Positions 1 to 9,537 of a stretch of DNA of 64,000 bases are shown one piece after another. Source of the DNA: a virus. Under the pieces are notes generated by a model. It saw only the letters and a program-made list of their open reading frames with translations. It ran no database searches and was not told where the DNA came from. A program made the translations under genes and the position numbers. Every line of letters begins with the position of its first letter. Position 1 is the stretch's first letter. The stretch is from IMG/VR virus record IMGVR_UViG_3300037010_001382, positions 32,001-96,000 of that record; one strand, given 5' to 3'.

Positions 1-297
1 AAGATGTTAAGAGTACATCCTATTAGTTTAATACCAAAGATGAAAACGTTTGTTAAAAAGTATAATTATTCAGAAGAAATTATACTGAAAGCAACACGAA
101 TCTATCTCGCGGAGCAAGAGTCCAGTCCTGATGGTTATAAATATACGCGAAGAGCTGATTATTTTATATCAAAAGATGCTGGAGAAAAATACATTTCTGA
201 TTTGGCTACATGGTGTCAAAAAGTAGTAGACATGGAAGAAGCAGGTCTTGATCTCTCGTCAGAGAAATTAGATGGTTCATTCATGGACATAATGTAA
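1..297 (+). CDS. Hypothetical phage protein, probably 5'-truncated by the window edge
   Basis: Frame is open from position 1; lies upstream of the helicase in the replication block. Confidence 0.6.
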   Translation, partial: KMLRVHPISLIPKMKTFVKKYNYSEEIILKATRIYLAEQESSPDGYKYTRRADYFISKDAGEKYISDLATWCQKVVDMEEAGLDLSSEKLDGSFMDIM

Positions 298-348
298 AAG
301 AATATTAGTGAAACCAACAAAAAGTAATGACAAAAGTAAATACATTAT

Positions 349-570
349 ATGCTTATTAGTAATGATGTATATATCTTGTTGTCTTATAGGAGGATGCAAT
401 TAATGGAAAGTGTAAAAAACAACATTCACCCACAAGATTGGAGTAATCAGGAATTATGTGATTATGTAATTGCTGAAGGAATTTTTACAGTTGATCAATT
501 AATGGCTTTAGCGCCAACAAAAGATCAATTAGTTAGAATTGTACTCTTGGATGAAATTGACAAAGAGTAA
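349..570 (+). CDS. Small hypothetical protein (start uncertain, possibly 403)
   Basis: ORF fills the gap before the helicase on the coding strand. Confidence 0.5.
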   Translation: MLISNDVYILLSYRRMQLMESVKNNIHPQDWSNQELCDYVIAEGIFTVDQLMALAPTKDQLVRIVLLDEIDKE

Positions 571-577
571 GTAATTA

Positions 578-1666
578 TTGGAGGAAGTATTAGTGAGTTT
601 ATATGATGATGTGCTTCGTGAGATCGAAGAAAAAAAGGAAAGGAAAGAGAAGGGACTCTTCAATGGTATACCATTTCCGTACCCAAAGTGGAGGGATTAT
701 ATTCCCTCTATAGATAAAGGTATGTATTTAGGATTACTGGCTCCTTCAGGCGTTGGTAAGAGTAGGTTTATTAGGAAAACGTTCGTCTACGATCTCTATG
801 AGTTTTCGAAGAAGAACAAATATCCTATAAAAATACTATATTTCGCATTAGAAGATGCAAAAGTACCTGTATACAAGAAGATGATATGCCATTACTTATG
901 GGAGAGACATCAATTTGACATAAGTCCTACACAACTTGATTCTAAGTATGTAGGATTTGATGATAGATATCTTGACATAATGAAACGTGATAAACGTTTT
1001 TTTGAAGAATTTGAGACTGATGTTGCAATAGTAAATACTTGTAGCACACCTCAAGAGATCGTTGATTACTGTAAAAGACAACATGAAAGATTTGGTGATA
1101 GCCATCATATCATTGTTATTATAGACAACTATAGTAATGTGACTAAAGATCCGCATCACAAAACAGAGTGGGAAGCAGTAAGAGAATTATCAAGGAATCA
1201 CATAAGATTAGACTTATGTAAGAAACTTAATATGACAGTGATCGCAGTTCTGCAAACAGACGTTGAATCTGACAAGAATACGTTCAGAAATTCAGACAAA
1301 GCTGCAATATCAACATTAGAGCCGAATACCGCATCTATTGGTGATATTAAAGTAATTGTACGAGATTTCTATTTATTGCTTGGCTTATTCCATCCTTGGA
1401 AATATGAGATCCCTAAATATCCTTACAAGGACGGTTATGACACTAGCATCTTAAGGAACAGATTTCGTTCTTTATTAATGTTAAAGAATAACGAGGGTGA
1501 AATGGCTCCAAGGTTGCCGTTGCTATTTGATGGTAAACATGAGCATTTTTCAGAAATGCCAACATTAGCAGAGAAAGACGCGCTTGACAAATTGTATGCG
1601 CGAATAATGAAAGAGGAGACTGAAAAGAGAGAGATGATCGCAAGAAAAGGACTATTTAATGACTAA
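578..1666 (+). CDS. DnaB-like (SF4) replicative helicase
   Basis: Walker A APSGVGKS, FALED (H1a), Walker B IIIDN, VLQ (H3), LKNNEG; near the primase. Confidence 0.85.
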   Translation: MEEVLVSLYDDVLREIEEKKERKEKGLFNGIPFPYPKWRDYIPSIDKGMYLGLLAPSGVGKSRFIRKTFVYDLYEFSKKNKYPIKILYFALEDAKVPVYKKMICHYLWERHQFDISPTQLDSKYVGFDDRYLDIMKRDKRFFEEFETDVAIVNTCSTPQEIVDYCKRQHERFGDSHHIIVIIDNYSNVTKDPHHKTEWEAVRELSRNHIRLDLCKKLNMTVIAVLQTDVESDKNTFRNSDKAAISTLEPNTASIGDIKVIVRDFYLLLGLFHPWKYEIPKYPYKDGYDTSILRNRFRSLLMLKNNEGEMAPRLPLLFDGKHEHFSEMPTLAEKDALDKLYARIMKEETEKREMIARKGLFND

Positions 1667-1671
1667 TTAAT

Positions 1672-1703
1672 TTTGGTTATGTTCTGATTATTTCGTACCT
1701 TTG
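1672..1703 (+). promoter_or_regulatory. Bacteroidetes primary-sigma promoter (-33 TTTG, -7 TACCTTTG)
   Basis: TTTG 1672-1675, 20-nt spacer, TACCTTTG 1696-1703; intergenic before the ATPase. Confidence 0.8.
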
Positions 1704-1726
1704 CAGTAGAATAGTGAAGAGAAAGA

Positions 1727-2464
1727 ATGGGTAAAAGTGTATTAGTATTAGGAGAGAGTGGCTCAGGTAAATCCACTTCGATTGAAGGTTTAGATCCTAC
1801 AAAGACAACAGTGTTTAGTGCATTAGGCAAAGGTTTACCTTTTGCAAAGTCGCGAAAGCATTATACAGTCTGGAATAAAGATACAAATCCTTCAGGGAAC
1901 TTGATATTAACGTCGTCAAGTAAAGCAATTGCACAGTGGTTGCAGCATATTAACAAGAATATGTTGCACGTTACTACAGTCGTAGTAGACGATAATACGT
2001 TTCTGTCTTCTAAGGAATTAGATAGACGTAGAGATGAGACTGGCTTTGTGAAGTTTAATGATATTGCACATGACTTTTTGGTTTTGAGTGAGATAGCGAA
2101 TACATTGAGAGAAGATCTTAATGTGTACTTTATGCATCACGTACAAACTGAAGGTGATGGTATATTAGAAAACAAGACGTTTAAAGCAATGTCTAGCGGC
2201 AAAATGATTAATGAAAAACTTGGGTCTGTAGAGGCACAGTTTGAAATTGTATTATTTGCATGTAAGATGGATGGTGATGGTGAAGAAATTCTTTACAAGT
2301 TCAAGACAAGAGATAAGTATAGTACTGCTAAGACGCCTAAGGGTATGTTCACAGAGCAGTATATCGATAATGACTTGTCGATCGTTAATAAAGCAATAAA
2401 GTGCTTTTATAATGATGATTGTGAAGAAGAAGTGGTTAAAGTAATTAACAATAAAAGTAAGTAA
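1727..2464 (+). CDS. P-loop ATPase, Sak4/AAA_24-like recombination (annealing) protein
   Basis: N-terminal GESGSGKST, VVVDD Walker B, C-terminal AKTPKGMF; followed by an SSB-like gene. Confidence 0.8.
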   Translation: MGKSVLVLGESGSGKSTSIEGLDPTKTTVFSALGKGLPFAKSRKHYTVWNKDTNPSGNLILTSSSKAIAQWLQHINKNMLHVTTVVVDDNTFLSSKELDRRRDETGFVKFNDIAHDFLVLSEIANTLREDLNVYFMHHVQTEGDGILENKTFKAMSSGKMINEKLGSVEAQFEIVLFACKMDGDGEEILYKFKTRDKYSTAKTPKGMFTEQYIDNDLSIVNKAIKCFYNDDCEEEVVKVINNKSK

Positions 2465-2472
2465 GTAAGAAA

Positions 2473-3096
2473 ATGGGTAAAGAAGTATTTAATTTTAAGG
2501 ATGTTGAAGTAATTAAGAATAATGGCTATTTGAAGCCTGGTCAGTATGTACTAGGTATTAAAGAAGCTAAGTTTGTAAAGCCAGATGGTAAAAAGCCAGA
2601 TGGTTCTGCTAAGACTCCTTATTTGGATATAAAATTTGGTGGTGAGCAAGGTGAAGTTTCTGCAAAGATGTATATCACTGTGAAAGCAGTTGATAGAATA
2701 CAGACTCTGTATGCTGAGTGGTTCGGTGAACGTTGTTCTAAGAGCTTTGAAGGTACAGATGCTGTAGGTGCGTTCTTTGAAATGGCATTTAGCTCTGAAA
2801 AGGCGAAGAAAGTAACAAAGTGTATTCTTGTTGAAGGGCGTCAAGCTCCTGATGGTAAGATTTATGCTGAGGTTCCTTATTCTAAGTTTATCATTGGTGA
2901 CAATGTTGAAGGTTTCAAGGAAGGACCATTTGAACCAGGTACAGGTCAGTACGTTTTCCATGTTAGGATGACTGCTCCAAATCCTTCTACGAACACAGAT
3001 GATTTAATGATTCCAGGTATGATGAGCTCTGCTCCTACTACTAACAAATCGTCTTCTGTGAATAGTAATGATATGGACGACGATTTGCCCTTCTAA
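2473..3096 (+). CDS. Single-stranded DNA-binding protein (phage type)
   Basis: Acidic C-terminal tail DMDDDLPF after a low-complexity linker; between ATPase and primase. Confidence 0.7.
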   Translation: MGKEVFNFKDVEVIKNNGYLKPGQYVLGIKEAKFVKPDGKKPDGSAKTPYLDIKFGGEQGEVSAKMYITVKAVDRIQTLYAEWFGERCSKSFEGTDAVGAFFEMAFSSEKAKKVTKCILVEGRQAPDGKIYAEVPYSKFIIGDNVEGFKEGPFEPGTGQYVFHVRMTAPNPSTNTDDLMIPGMMSSAPTTNKSSSVNSNDMDDDLPF

Positions 3097-3120
3097 TAAT
3101 TTCAATAAAAAAGTGTTAAT

Positions 3121-3154
3121 AAGCGTGTATACTTAATTGTGTACACGCTTTTTT
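3121..3154 (+). terminator. Intrinsic terminator
   Basis: AAGCGTGTATAC-TTAATT-GTGTACACGCTT hairpin followed by a T-run. Confidence 0.75.
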
Positions 3155-3161
3155 ATTATCT

Positions 3162-4181
3162 ATGACATATGATTTTAATCAAGTTACACCTTTAGTTAAC
3201 TTGACGCCTAATTGGATATTATCAAGAGTGAGCGATGCTCAAATCTTTTATAATTACCATGGACGTTTTAAACTAGGTGTAGCTTGTAAATCATCTCTAG
3301 ACAAAGATGAGAAACCAAGTGTTACTTTTTTTGTCGGAGATTCAGGAAGACTTATTTATTGGGATTTTAGGTATGATCGTGGATTAGATTGTTTTGCATA
3401 CATAATGAAACTTAACAATTGTAGCTTCAAACGTGCGCTTGAAATTATAGCGGAAGACTTTGGGCTGATTGATAAGAAGACTTTGTGTGTATCTGATACA
3501 GTAATGAAGGAAGCTTCAGAACTTGATTTAGATGTAAAGAAACGAACACTTATTCAGTTTACCACTAAGCCTTGGGAAACTGGTCTTGGAAAGAACTTAG
3601 CGTTCTGGAACATGTACGAGATAGACCAAGAAGAATTAGAAAAAGAGCATATTTATCCTGTTGATAGGCTCTTCTTAAACAAACAGGAAATCACTAATAC
3701 TGTAGGACATCTTCGATTTGCAAAAGTTGAGCAATATTCTGGTGGTAAAGGTGTGAAAATTTACAGTCCATTCGATTCTAAAATGAAATGGCTCAGTTCA
3801 ATTCCTTTAAATGTTCCATTTGGTTATGAGGATCTTCAGTACGAAAGTAATGAGATTATTATAACTAAATCGTTTAAAGATTTGATCATTTTGAAGAAGC
3901 TTTTTTCTGACGTAATAGCGTGTCAGAATGAATCTGAGGCAGCATTACCTGCAGATATCATTAGTACGTTAGATCGTAGATTTGACAGAAAGTTGATTAT
4001 CTTTGATAATGATGAAACAGGGCTTTCTAGCGCTTCTAAATTTAGAGATAAAGGGTTTAATACTTTTGCTATTCCTGAGACATTTAGGGCTAGATTTGGT
4101 ATTAAAGATCCAAGTGATTTTGTGAAGATATATGGGCTTGAGGCGTTTAAAGAACTTTTAAAGAAAGAAAACTTGCTGTAA
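3162..4181 (+). CDS. DNA primase (Toprim)
   Basis: TKSFKD, QNE, IIFDNDETG and KDPSD motifs; N-terminal DEKPS...WDF zinc-finger-like remnant. Confidence 0.8.
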   Translation: MTYDFNQVTPLVNLTPNWILSRVSDAQIFYNYHGRFKLGVACKSSLDKDEKPSVTFFVGDSGRLIYWDFRYDRGLDCFAYIMKLNNCSFKRALEIIAEDFGLIDKKTLCVSDTVMKEASELDLDVKKRTLIQFTTKPWETGLGKNLAFWNMYEIDQEELEKEHIYPVDRLFLNKQEITNTVGHLRFAKVEQYSGGKGVKIYSPFDSKMKWLSSIPLNVPFGYEDLQYESNEIIITKSFKDLIILKKLFSDVIACQNESEAALPADIISTLDRRFDRKLIIFDNDETGLSSASKFRDKGFNTFAIPETFRARFGIKDPSDFVKIYGLEAFKELLKKENLL

Positions 4182-4336
4182 TGAGTGACTATATCACAAA
4201 CAAAATTGTCAAAACTTATTTTGACGCGATAGTGCATTTTAATTTATTGGAGAAGGAAGTAACAAGCGTTAAACGTAAGGGTAGCGTTGTTATTATTAAC
4301 ACAGAAAAAAAGAGTTTTTTTAAAACATTGATCTAA
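4181..4336 (+). CDS. Small hypothetical protein (51 aa, not in ORF track)
   Basis: ATG overlaps the primase stop (TAATG); MSDYITNK...FFKTLI*. Confidence 0.5.
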   Translation: MSDYITNKIVKTYFDAIVHFNLLEKEVTSVKRKGSVVIINTEKKSFFKTLI

Positions 4337-4337
4337 T

Positions 4338-4472
4338 ATGAAATTCATTAAAGCGATTGAAAAAAAGGATGCTAATGGTAATGTTATACCTAAGCGTAAA
4401 TTACTTGTAAAAGTAACACGCGTAGCTAACAGGAAAGTTAGTAATTTGAAGAACCGCAGCTTCGAAGCTTAA
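4338..4472 (+). CDS. Small basic hypothetical protein (44 aa, not in ORF track)
   Basis: ATG 1 nt after the previous stop; MKFIKAIEKK...RSFEA*. Confidence 0.45.
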   Translation: MKFIKAIEKKDANGNVIPKRKLLVKVTRVANRKVSNLKNRSFEA

Positions 4473-4524
4473 TCCTTATCTGCAGTAAAAAAAGTAAAAT
4501 AAAAAAGAAAATACAAAAACAAGT

Positions 4525-5025
4525 ATGTCTAAGAAACCAACAGTCAAGAATGTTACCGCTAACGAATTAGTTCATATCTTAAAAGCTATAAAAGGTGCTA
4601 AGATTGCTACCATTGTTACTGAAACAGATGCGAACCTGCTTAAGACTGGTAATGATTTGGGTCATGTTAGAAAACATATGACCATGAATATTATCATGAA
4701 TTTTAACTATCGCACAGCACTTGACAAGGCTTTGATAAAACAGGGTTTAGCACCTTCAAATCGTCCTGTACGTGCTCGCACGTGGGGAGAGAGAGTTCCT
4801 AATTCTCCATTTATAACGCATAAAGATGCGTTGTATCTCGAAGTGAAGTTGAACGGCAAGAAACCACGCCAAACAGTCTATAAAGTTACTAATACGCCGG
4901 TTGAAGACGCAAGGGTTGCACCTTTTGTTCCTAAATTCAAGCCACCATTGGTACACATGTATGACTTCAAGATTGAGAACGTTAAGGAAGTTCGTACTAA
5001 CGGCTTCCGTTACATAGTAGGCTAA
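4525..5025 (+). CDS. Basic phage hypothetical protein
   Basis: 166-aa ORF with A-rich leader; TWGER...FITHK..LY segment. Confidence 0.7.
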   Translation: MSKKPTVKNVTANELVHILKAIKGAKIATIVTETDANLLKTGNDLGHVRKHMTMNIIMNFNYRTALDKALIKQGLAPSNRPVRARTWGERVPNSPFITHKDALYLEVKLNGKKPRQTVYKVTNTPVEDARVAPFVPKFKPPLVHMYDFKIENVKEVRTNGFRYIVG

Positions 5026-5030
5026 GAAGT

Positions 5031-5765
5031 ATGCAGCACGAAGAGGTATATATTAAACATTTTGGAAAAGAGTGGGCTGCAGTATTGCGTCCACTCTTTT
5101 TATCCAAGCCGTATAAGGAAGTGGGTCTTGCCCTGGCGAAGTTAAAGAAGGATGGCGCTCATATAACTCCTGGATATAAAAATATATTCCGAGCGTTTAA
5201 AGAATGTCCTCTTCATTCGTTACATACTATTATTATTTCTGATGATATTTATTCTGGTCTTACTTCTCAAAAGGAATGTTTGGCAGATGGAATAGCTTAT
5301 AGTTCTAATGTTAGTACAGATACCCCTCCACCCCTGAATAGCATTTTCGAAGCTATTGATTATGATGTTTTTGACTCTGAATACGTTCCTACATCAGTAT
5401 GGAAGTATGAATGGCAGGAAGCAGTTTGGGACCTGAAAACTTGGGCGAATCAAGGCATTTTAATGCTCAACAGATCGCTAACGACTCTTATTGGTACTCC
5501 ACATGCTCACACAGATTTATGGGCTCCTATTATAGATTATATTGTTTACGATACTACGTCTCGTACTCAGAATCTAGGAATTATACTTATGGGTGATCGT
5601 GTACAAGAGATAGGTAAGAGGATTAATGGCAAATCACATTTAATTCTTAAGTGTGAGAGTCCAGTAGACGCAATCGAAAGAAAGCGTTCATTCCAACACA
5701 ATCAAGTCTTTAGTGAAGTTACTAAATTTCATAAGACTATAAACAACATTAAAGTAAAATGGTAA
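5031..5765 (+). CDS. Uracil-DNA glycosylase family 1-like protein with degenerate active site
   Basis: IFRAF..CP, DGIAY, PPPL..I, WANQGILMLN.SLT and H..W match the UNG layout; GQDPY appears as SDDIY and HPS as ESP. Confidence 0.75.
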   Translation: MQHEEVYIKHFGKEWAAVLRPLFLSKPYKEVGLALAKLKKDGAHITPGYKNIFRAFKECPLHSLHTIIISDDIYSGLTSQKECLADGIAYSSNVSTDTPPPLNSIFEAIDYDVFDSEYVPTSVWKYEWQEAVWDLKTWANQGILMLNRSLTTLIGTPHAHTDLWAPIIDYIVYDTTSRTQNLGIILMGDRVQEIGKRINGKSHLILKCESPVDAIERKRSFQHNQVFSEVTKFHKTINNIKVKW

Positions 5766-5923
5766 CACGATCAATAGTATTGATTTTGATATGCTGTGTA
5801 TTACTGAGTTCTTGTAAAGTAATGTTTGTTATCTCTGGTTTTGATATTATGTTTGCACTATTAGTGCTAGCTATTATCATATTTGTATTGTATCTTAAGT
5901 ACAAATATCGTAACAGAAAATAA
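5759..5923 (+). CDS. Small membrane lipoprotein (54 aa, not in ORF track)
   Basis: Hydrophobic signal peptide ending in lipobox LSSC, then a second hydrophobic helix and basic tail KYKYRNRK. Confidence 0.6.
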   Translation: MVTRSIVLILICCVLLSSCKVMFVISGFDIMFALLVLAIIIFVLYLKYKYRNRK

Positions 5924-5932
5924 GAATAGCTT

Positions 5933-6208
5933 ATGTCATTATTATTACAGCCACCTACCATTAATGTTGCACGAGAAGTACATATGAAGTTTGGTGACTT
6001 CAAAGGCGCTTGCTGTCTGATAGTTTTGAAGGTGAAGTATGCAAAAGAAAAAGACTGGATTGTTCAACGATTATGGATGATTCCGGGATGGGAACAACAG
6101 GACATTTGGCAGAAAGCTTATAAGTGGATCTGGAAAGACATCAAAAAAAGGGATTATCTCATATCAGAGATTGAAGAAGCAAAATTTGACAGCTTTAAAT
6201 TAGTTTAA
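5933..6208 (+). CDS. Hypothetical protein
   Basis: 91-aa ORF, tightly packed in the operon. Confidence 0.6.
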   Translation: MSLLLQPPTINVAREVHMKFGDFKGACCLIVLKVKYAKEKDWIVQRLWMIPGWEQQDIWQKAYKWIWKDIKKRDYLISEIEEAKFDSFKLV

Positions 6209-6212
6209 CATT

Positions 6213-6671
6213 ATGAATGAAGTAGCGAAAGGTAAGCTGCCTGTAGAAAACCTAAGGGTTGAGATTACAGAACAAACTCCTGAAGTGTTGATGTGCGTTT
6301 ATGGTACATTACGTCAAGGAGAAGGTAACTGGGGTCGTCACTTAAGGAACACTAATAGTGAATACTTAGGTACGTACAAGACTGAGCCAAAGTTCACCCT
6401 GTATGGGCGTCGTATGCCTTTTCCTTCACTCGCACCACATGGTAATACTTCTGTTGTATATGAAGTGTTTAAGGTAAAGGATAAGAGGGTTCTGGAAGGT
6501 CTACACAACTTAGAAGGTTGTACAGGCGTTCCTGGACACAATGACAATTGGTATGACATCATACCTATTGAAACACCTCATGGTCAGGGTTGGATTTACG
6601 TCCACCATGCTGAGAGGGAATCACCAGAAGTAGTAATCGTTTCTGGCGATTGGAAGAATAAAAGTGTTTAA
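6213..6671 (+). CDS. Gamma-glutamylcyclotransferase (AIG2-like)
   Basis: VYGTLR.G..N motif, YEVF, catalytic LEG, C-terminal SGDW. Confidence 0.85.
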   Translation: MNEVAKGKLPVENLRVEITEQTPEVLMCVYGTLRQGEGNWGRHLRNTNSEYLGTYKTEPKFTLYGRRMPFPSLAPHGNTSVVYEVFKVKDKRVLEGLHNLEGCTGVPGHNDNWYDIIPIETPHGQGWIYVHHAERESPEVVIVSGDWKNKSV

Positions 6672-7951
6672 TGGCTCAACGAATTGATAGTGATGGAAAG
6701 GAAATAAACGTAGGAGATCGTGTTATTGTTGTTGGATTCAACACAGTAGTAGGAGAAACCTTTGTTCGTTCTTTTCTGAGAGAGAGAAAAGTTTACGGGA
6801 TAGTACTAGGTGAAGAAGTGCGTGTACGTAAGTATGTCGGAGCATCATCTGAAGTGATTGATTTTACAAAAGTAATAAAAGATCATTTTAAGAATGAGCT
6901 ACTAAATGAGTACTCGTTTTCTATGAAACATCTGAAGGTGTTAGATCCTAAAGATTATGCAGAGTATGATTTATATGCTGAACAAGCAAATGATTATATG
7001 ACTGCGCACATGAAGACAGTTGAAAACCTAGAAAAGTTACCATTACCCACAGAAAGTTATATGAATAGAAGCTTTGTTCACAAGGATATCAATCTCTTGT
7101 CGACAAAGTTAAATTGTGTAGCTGAAGGAGAATGGAATAAAGACGATAACACTTTTAAAAATGATCGTATCGCTTATCTTGTGACATGTTGTGCATTTAC
7201 GAAAACAAAACACGATTTAGAGGTATATATACCTGAATTATGGCTACGCTATTATAAGTACACAATGTACGATTTAGGCGAATGGTTAAAATTCCTTGCT
7301 AAATGTGGTATTGGTTTTGAATATGTATTATGTGGACCAAGTAAGCTTCATAATGTATTTTATGAAAACTTTGAAAAACCAATAGATGATGGATATTACA
7401 AAAAAGTAAGTCCTAAAGCTCTTGGCTCTCTTATGTATCCTAATGGACCAAGCGGTTACATTAAGTTACGTATGAAAGGATGTAAGGATGACCCAATGAT
7501 AACGTATCTGAGATTTATATGCCTAAGGTATATTTATAATCAGGCGTATTGGACAATTCCAGGACATGCAATGCAGATAAAGCGATCTCTAGGTAACGCA
7601 GTTACTTATTGGCAAGCTTTACTCATGGCACATCTATATAAGACTTATGATGGTTATTATTCTCTTGCGAATCAACATGATTTCGATCCACAGAAGCCTT
7701 ATCAGGCAGATCGAGCATTTCCGTTTAGTACAAGTAGTAACTATGATAGGCACATCAATCCTTTCCAAAGTAGAGAAGATGTTTTTAAAAGATTGAATAC
7801 ACCTCTTGCATCAATGAATCGAGCTTTTAGCTATTCATGTGACGCTTTCAAACGTGAAGATTTAAACAAGTTCTTCATTGAGAAAGATTACGTTGGCTTG
7901 TTTAAATACATAAGAGATCAAGTAGGTAAATCAAAAGTAATCGTTAAGTAG
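6671..7951 (+). CDS. Uncharacterised protein of the amidoligase cluster; C-terminal part similar to 8827-9537
   Basis: 426-aa ORF coupled to GGCT (TAATG); LRYIY...W..LLMAH motif. Confidence 0.7.
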   Translation: MAQRIDSDGKEINVGDRVIVVGFNTVVGETFVRSFLRERKVYGIVLGEEVRVRKYVGASSEVIDFTKVIKDHFKNELLNEYSFSMKHLKVLDPKDYAEYDLYAEQANDYMTAHMKTVENLEKLPLPTESYMNRSFVHKDINLLSTKLNCVAEGEWNKDDNTFKNDRIAYLVTCCAFTKTKHDLEVYIPELWLRYYKYTMYDLGEWLKFLAKCGIGFEYVLCGPSKLHNVFYENFEKPIDDGYYKKVSPKALGSLMYPNGPSGYIKLRMKGCKDDPMITYLRFICLRYIYNQAYWTIPGHAMQIKRSLGNAVTYWQALLMAHLYKTYDGYYSLANQHDFDPQKPYQADRAFPFSTSSNYDRHINPFQSREDVFKRLNTPLASMNRAFSYSCDAFKREDLNKFFIEKDYVGLFKYIRDQVGKSKVIVK

Positions 7952-7980
7952 TAATAATAAAAAGCAGTTAGGCTCCCAAA

Positions 7981-8799
7981 ATGGCAGTTAAAGTATTAAA
8001 GGAAGAAGTAGGTAGTTATTTAATTGGTAGTGACGTTGAATTCTTTTTGAAGAGAAAAGATTCAGAAGAAATAGTTAGTGCTGAAGGATTAATTCAGGGT
8101 ACTAAAAAGGAGCCTTTTAAGTTTGATAAAGATGAACCGTTTTTTGCGACATCTTTGGACAATGTTATGGCAGAGGGTAATATCCCTCCAGCAAGAACTC
8201 CCGCAGAGTTTTATGCTTATGTGGAAAAGTTGCGTAATTACATTGACGCAACGATACCACAAGATTTAATGACAGTAGCAATTCCATCTGCAAGATTAGG
8301 CTTTGAACACCTAATGACAGAGAATTCTCAGGTTTTTGGATGTGATCCATCTCTTAATTGTTGGACAGGTGAGCAGGTAATACCTCAGCCTAGTGGTGAC
8401 AATTTAAGAAGTGCAGGATTTCACATCCACGTTGGTTATGAAGGTCCTAATGCTGATACAAACAGGAAAATTGCGAAAGCAATGGACTTGTTCCTTGGCG
8501 TACCTTCAATTTTGATGGAACCGGAGAATGAAAGAAAAGTTGTTGGCTATGGTTGCGCAGGTAACTATAGAGATCAGAAGCATGGCATGGAGTATCGCTC
8601 GTTGTCATCGCACTTTTCTTCTGAAGAGCGCTTAGTAAAGTGGTGTTTTGAAAGCACTGAAAAAGCTATTGCGTTTGTTAATGATAATAAGATAGAATCT
8701 ATCGATGAGTTAGGTGATACCTTACAGAACATTATTAATACAGAAGATAAGGAGCAGGCAGCGAAGATCGTAGCAGATTTCAATTTGCAGTTAGCGTAA
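7981..8799 (+). CDS. phiEco32-like COOH-NH2 ligase (glutamine-synthetase-like fold)
   Basis: IGSDVEFF, GTK.EP, DNV.AE.NIPPA, FGCDPS.N, LRSAGFHIHVGY, YG.AG.YR...HG.EYRSLS. Confidence 0.9.
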   Translation: MAVKVLKEEVGSYLIGSDVEFFLKRKDSEEIVSAEGLIQGTKKEPFKFDKDEPFFATSLDNVMAEGNIPPARTPAEFYAYVEKLRNYIDATIPQDLMTVAIPSARLGFEHLMTENSQVFGCDPSLNCWTGEQVIPQPSGDNLRSAGFHIHVGYEGPNADTNRKIAKAMDLFLGVPSILMEPENERKVVGYGCAGNYRDQKHGMEYRSLSSHFSSEERLVKWCFESTEKAIAFVNDNKIESIDELGDTLQNIINTEDKEQAAKIVADFNLQLA

Positions 8800-8826
8800 A
8801 AGAAGAAAAAAACAGTATTTTTATCA

Positions 8827-9537
8827 ATGATTACTTACAGTATTACTGATTTGGCTGGTCGTAAAGTGCGTCTCGAAAGAGCTGCATGTTACGCCAACCA
8901 TTATTCAAGATTGAAACAATTTAAGGAGTGTGTTGTAGAGGTTCCCGTAATCCATCTGCAGCATCAATACGACAAGGCGATCACATTCACAGAAGAAGAT
9001 TTTGTGGAATATGTTCGTTTGTTGAACGTTATGGGATTCAAGTTCTCTATGAAAAAAGAGAATAATGTCTTCTTATTTACTGTTAATTTTATAGAGAATA
9101 AGAATATTGCAAACAAGATAATCTTGAATGCTATTCGTTATTTGTCTGAAGATTATCTACCTTATGTACCATACTTCTTCTTGAAGTTTGCGAAAGGTAA
9201 GATGTTTGGTGTCAATTTATGGACCAGATTCATGATGGCGCATTATGCCCATGATAATTTCTCTAATAACGGTCATACAATATGCAATGGCGCATGTTTG
9301 CCTAAGATTCTTACCAATGCTATCTTCAAGGAGAAAATATTGGATAATGACGCAGAAATGTATGCATCATCAGTGATACCTCATGGTACTAAACCTATTA
9401 TGGGTTATAATCCTAATTTGCCAGCCGTAGAACGTCACCTTAATTACACAAAGGATTACAAAACATTAATAAAACAAGATGGCCTTTTTAAGGACATTTT
9501 CAAAGAATACAAAGCAGTATGCGTAAGATTTATGTAG
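8827..9537 (+). CDS. Uncharacterised protein of the amidoligase cluster; paralog of the 6671-7951 C-terminus
   Basis: IRYLSE.Y..VP...W..FMMAH motif. Confidence 0.7.
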   Translation: MITYSITDLAGRKVRLERAACYANHYSRLKQFKECVVEVPVIHLQHQYDKAITFTEEDFVEYVRLLNVMGFKFSMKKENNVFLFTVNFIENKNIANKIILNAIRYLSEDYLPYVPYFFLKFAKGKMFGVNLWTRFMMAHYAHDNFSNNGHTICNGACLPKILTNAIFKEKILDNDAEMYASSVIPHGTKPIMGYNPNLPAVERHLNYTKDYKTLIKQDGLFKDIFKEYKAVCVRFM

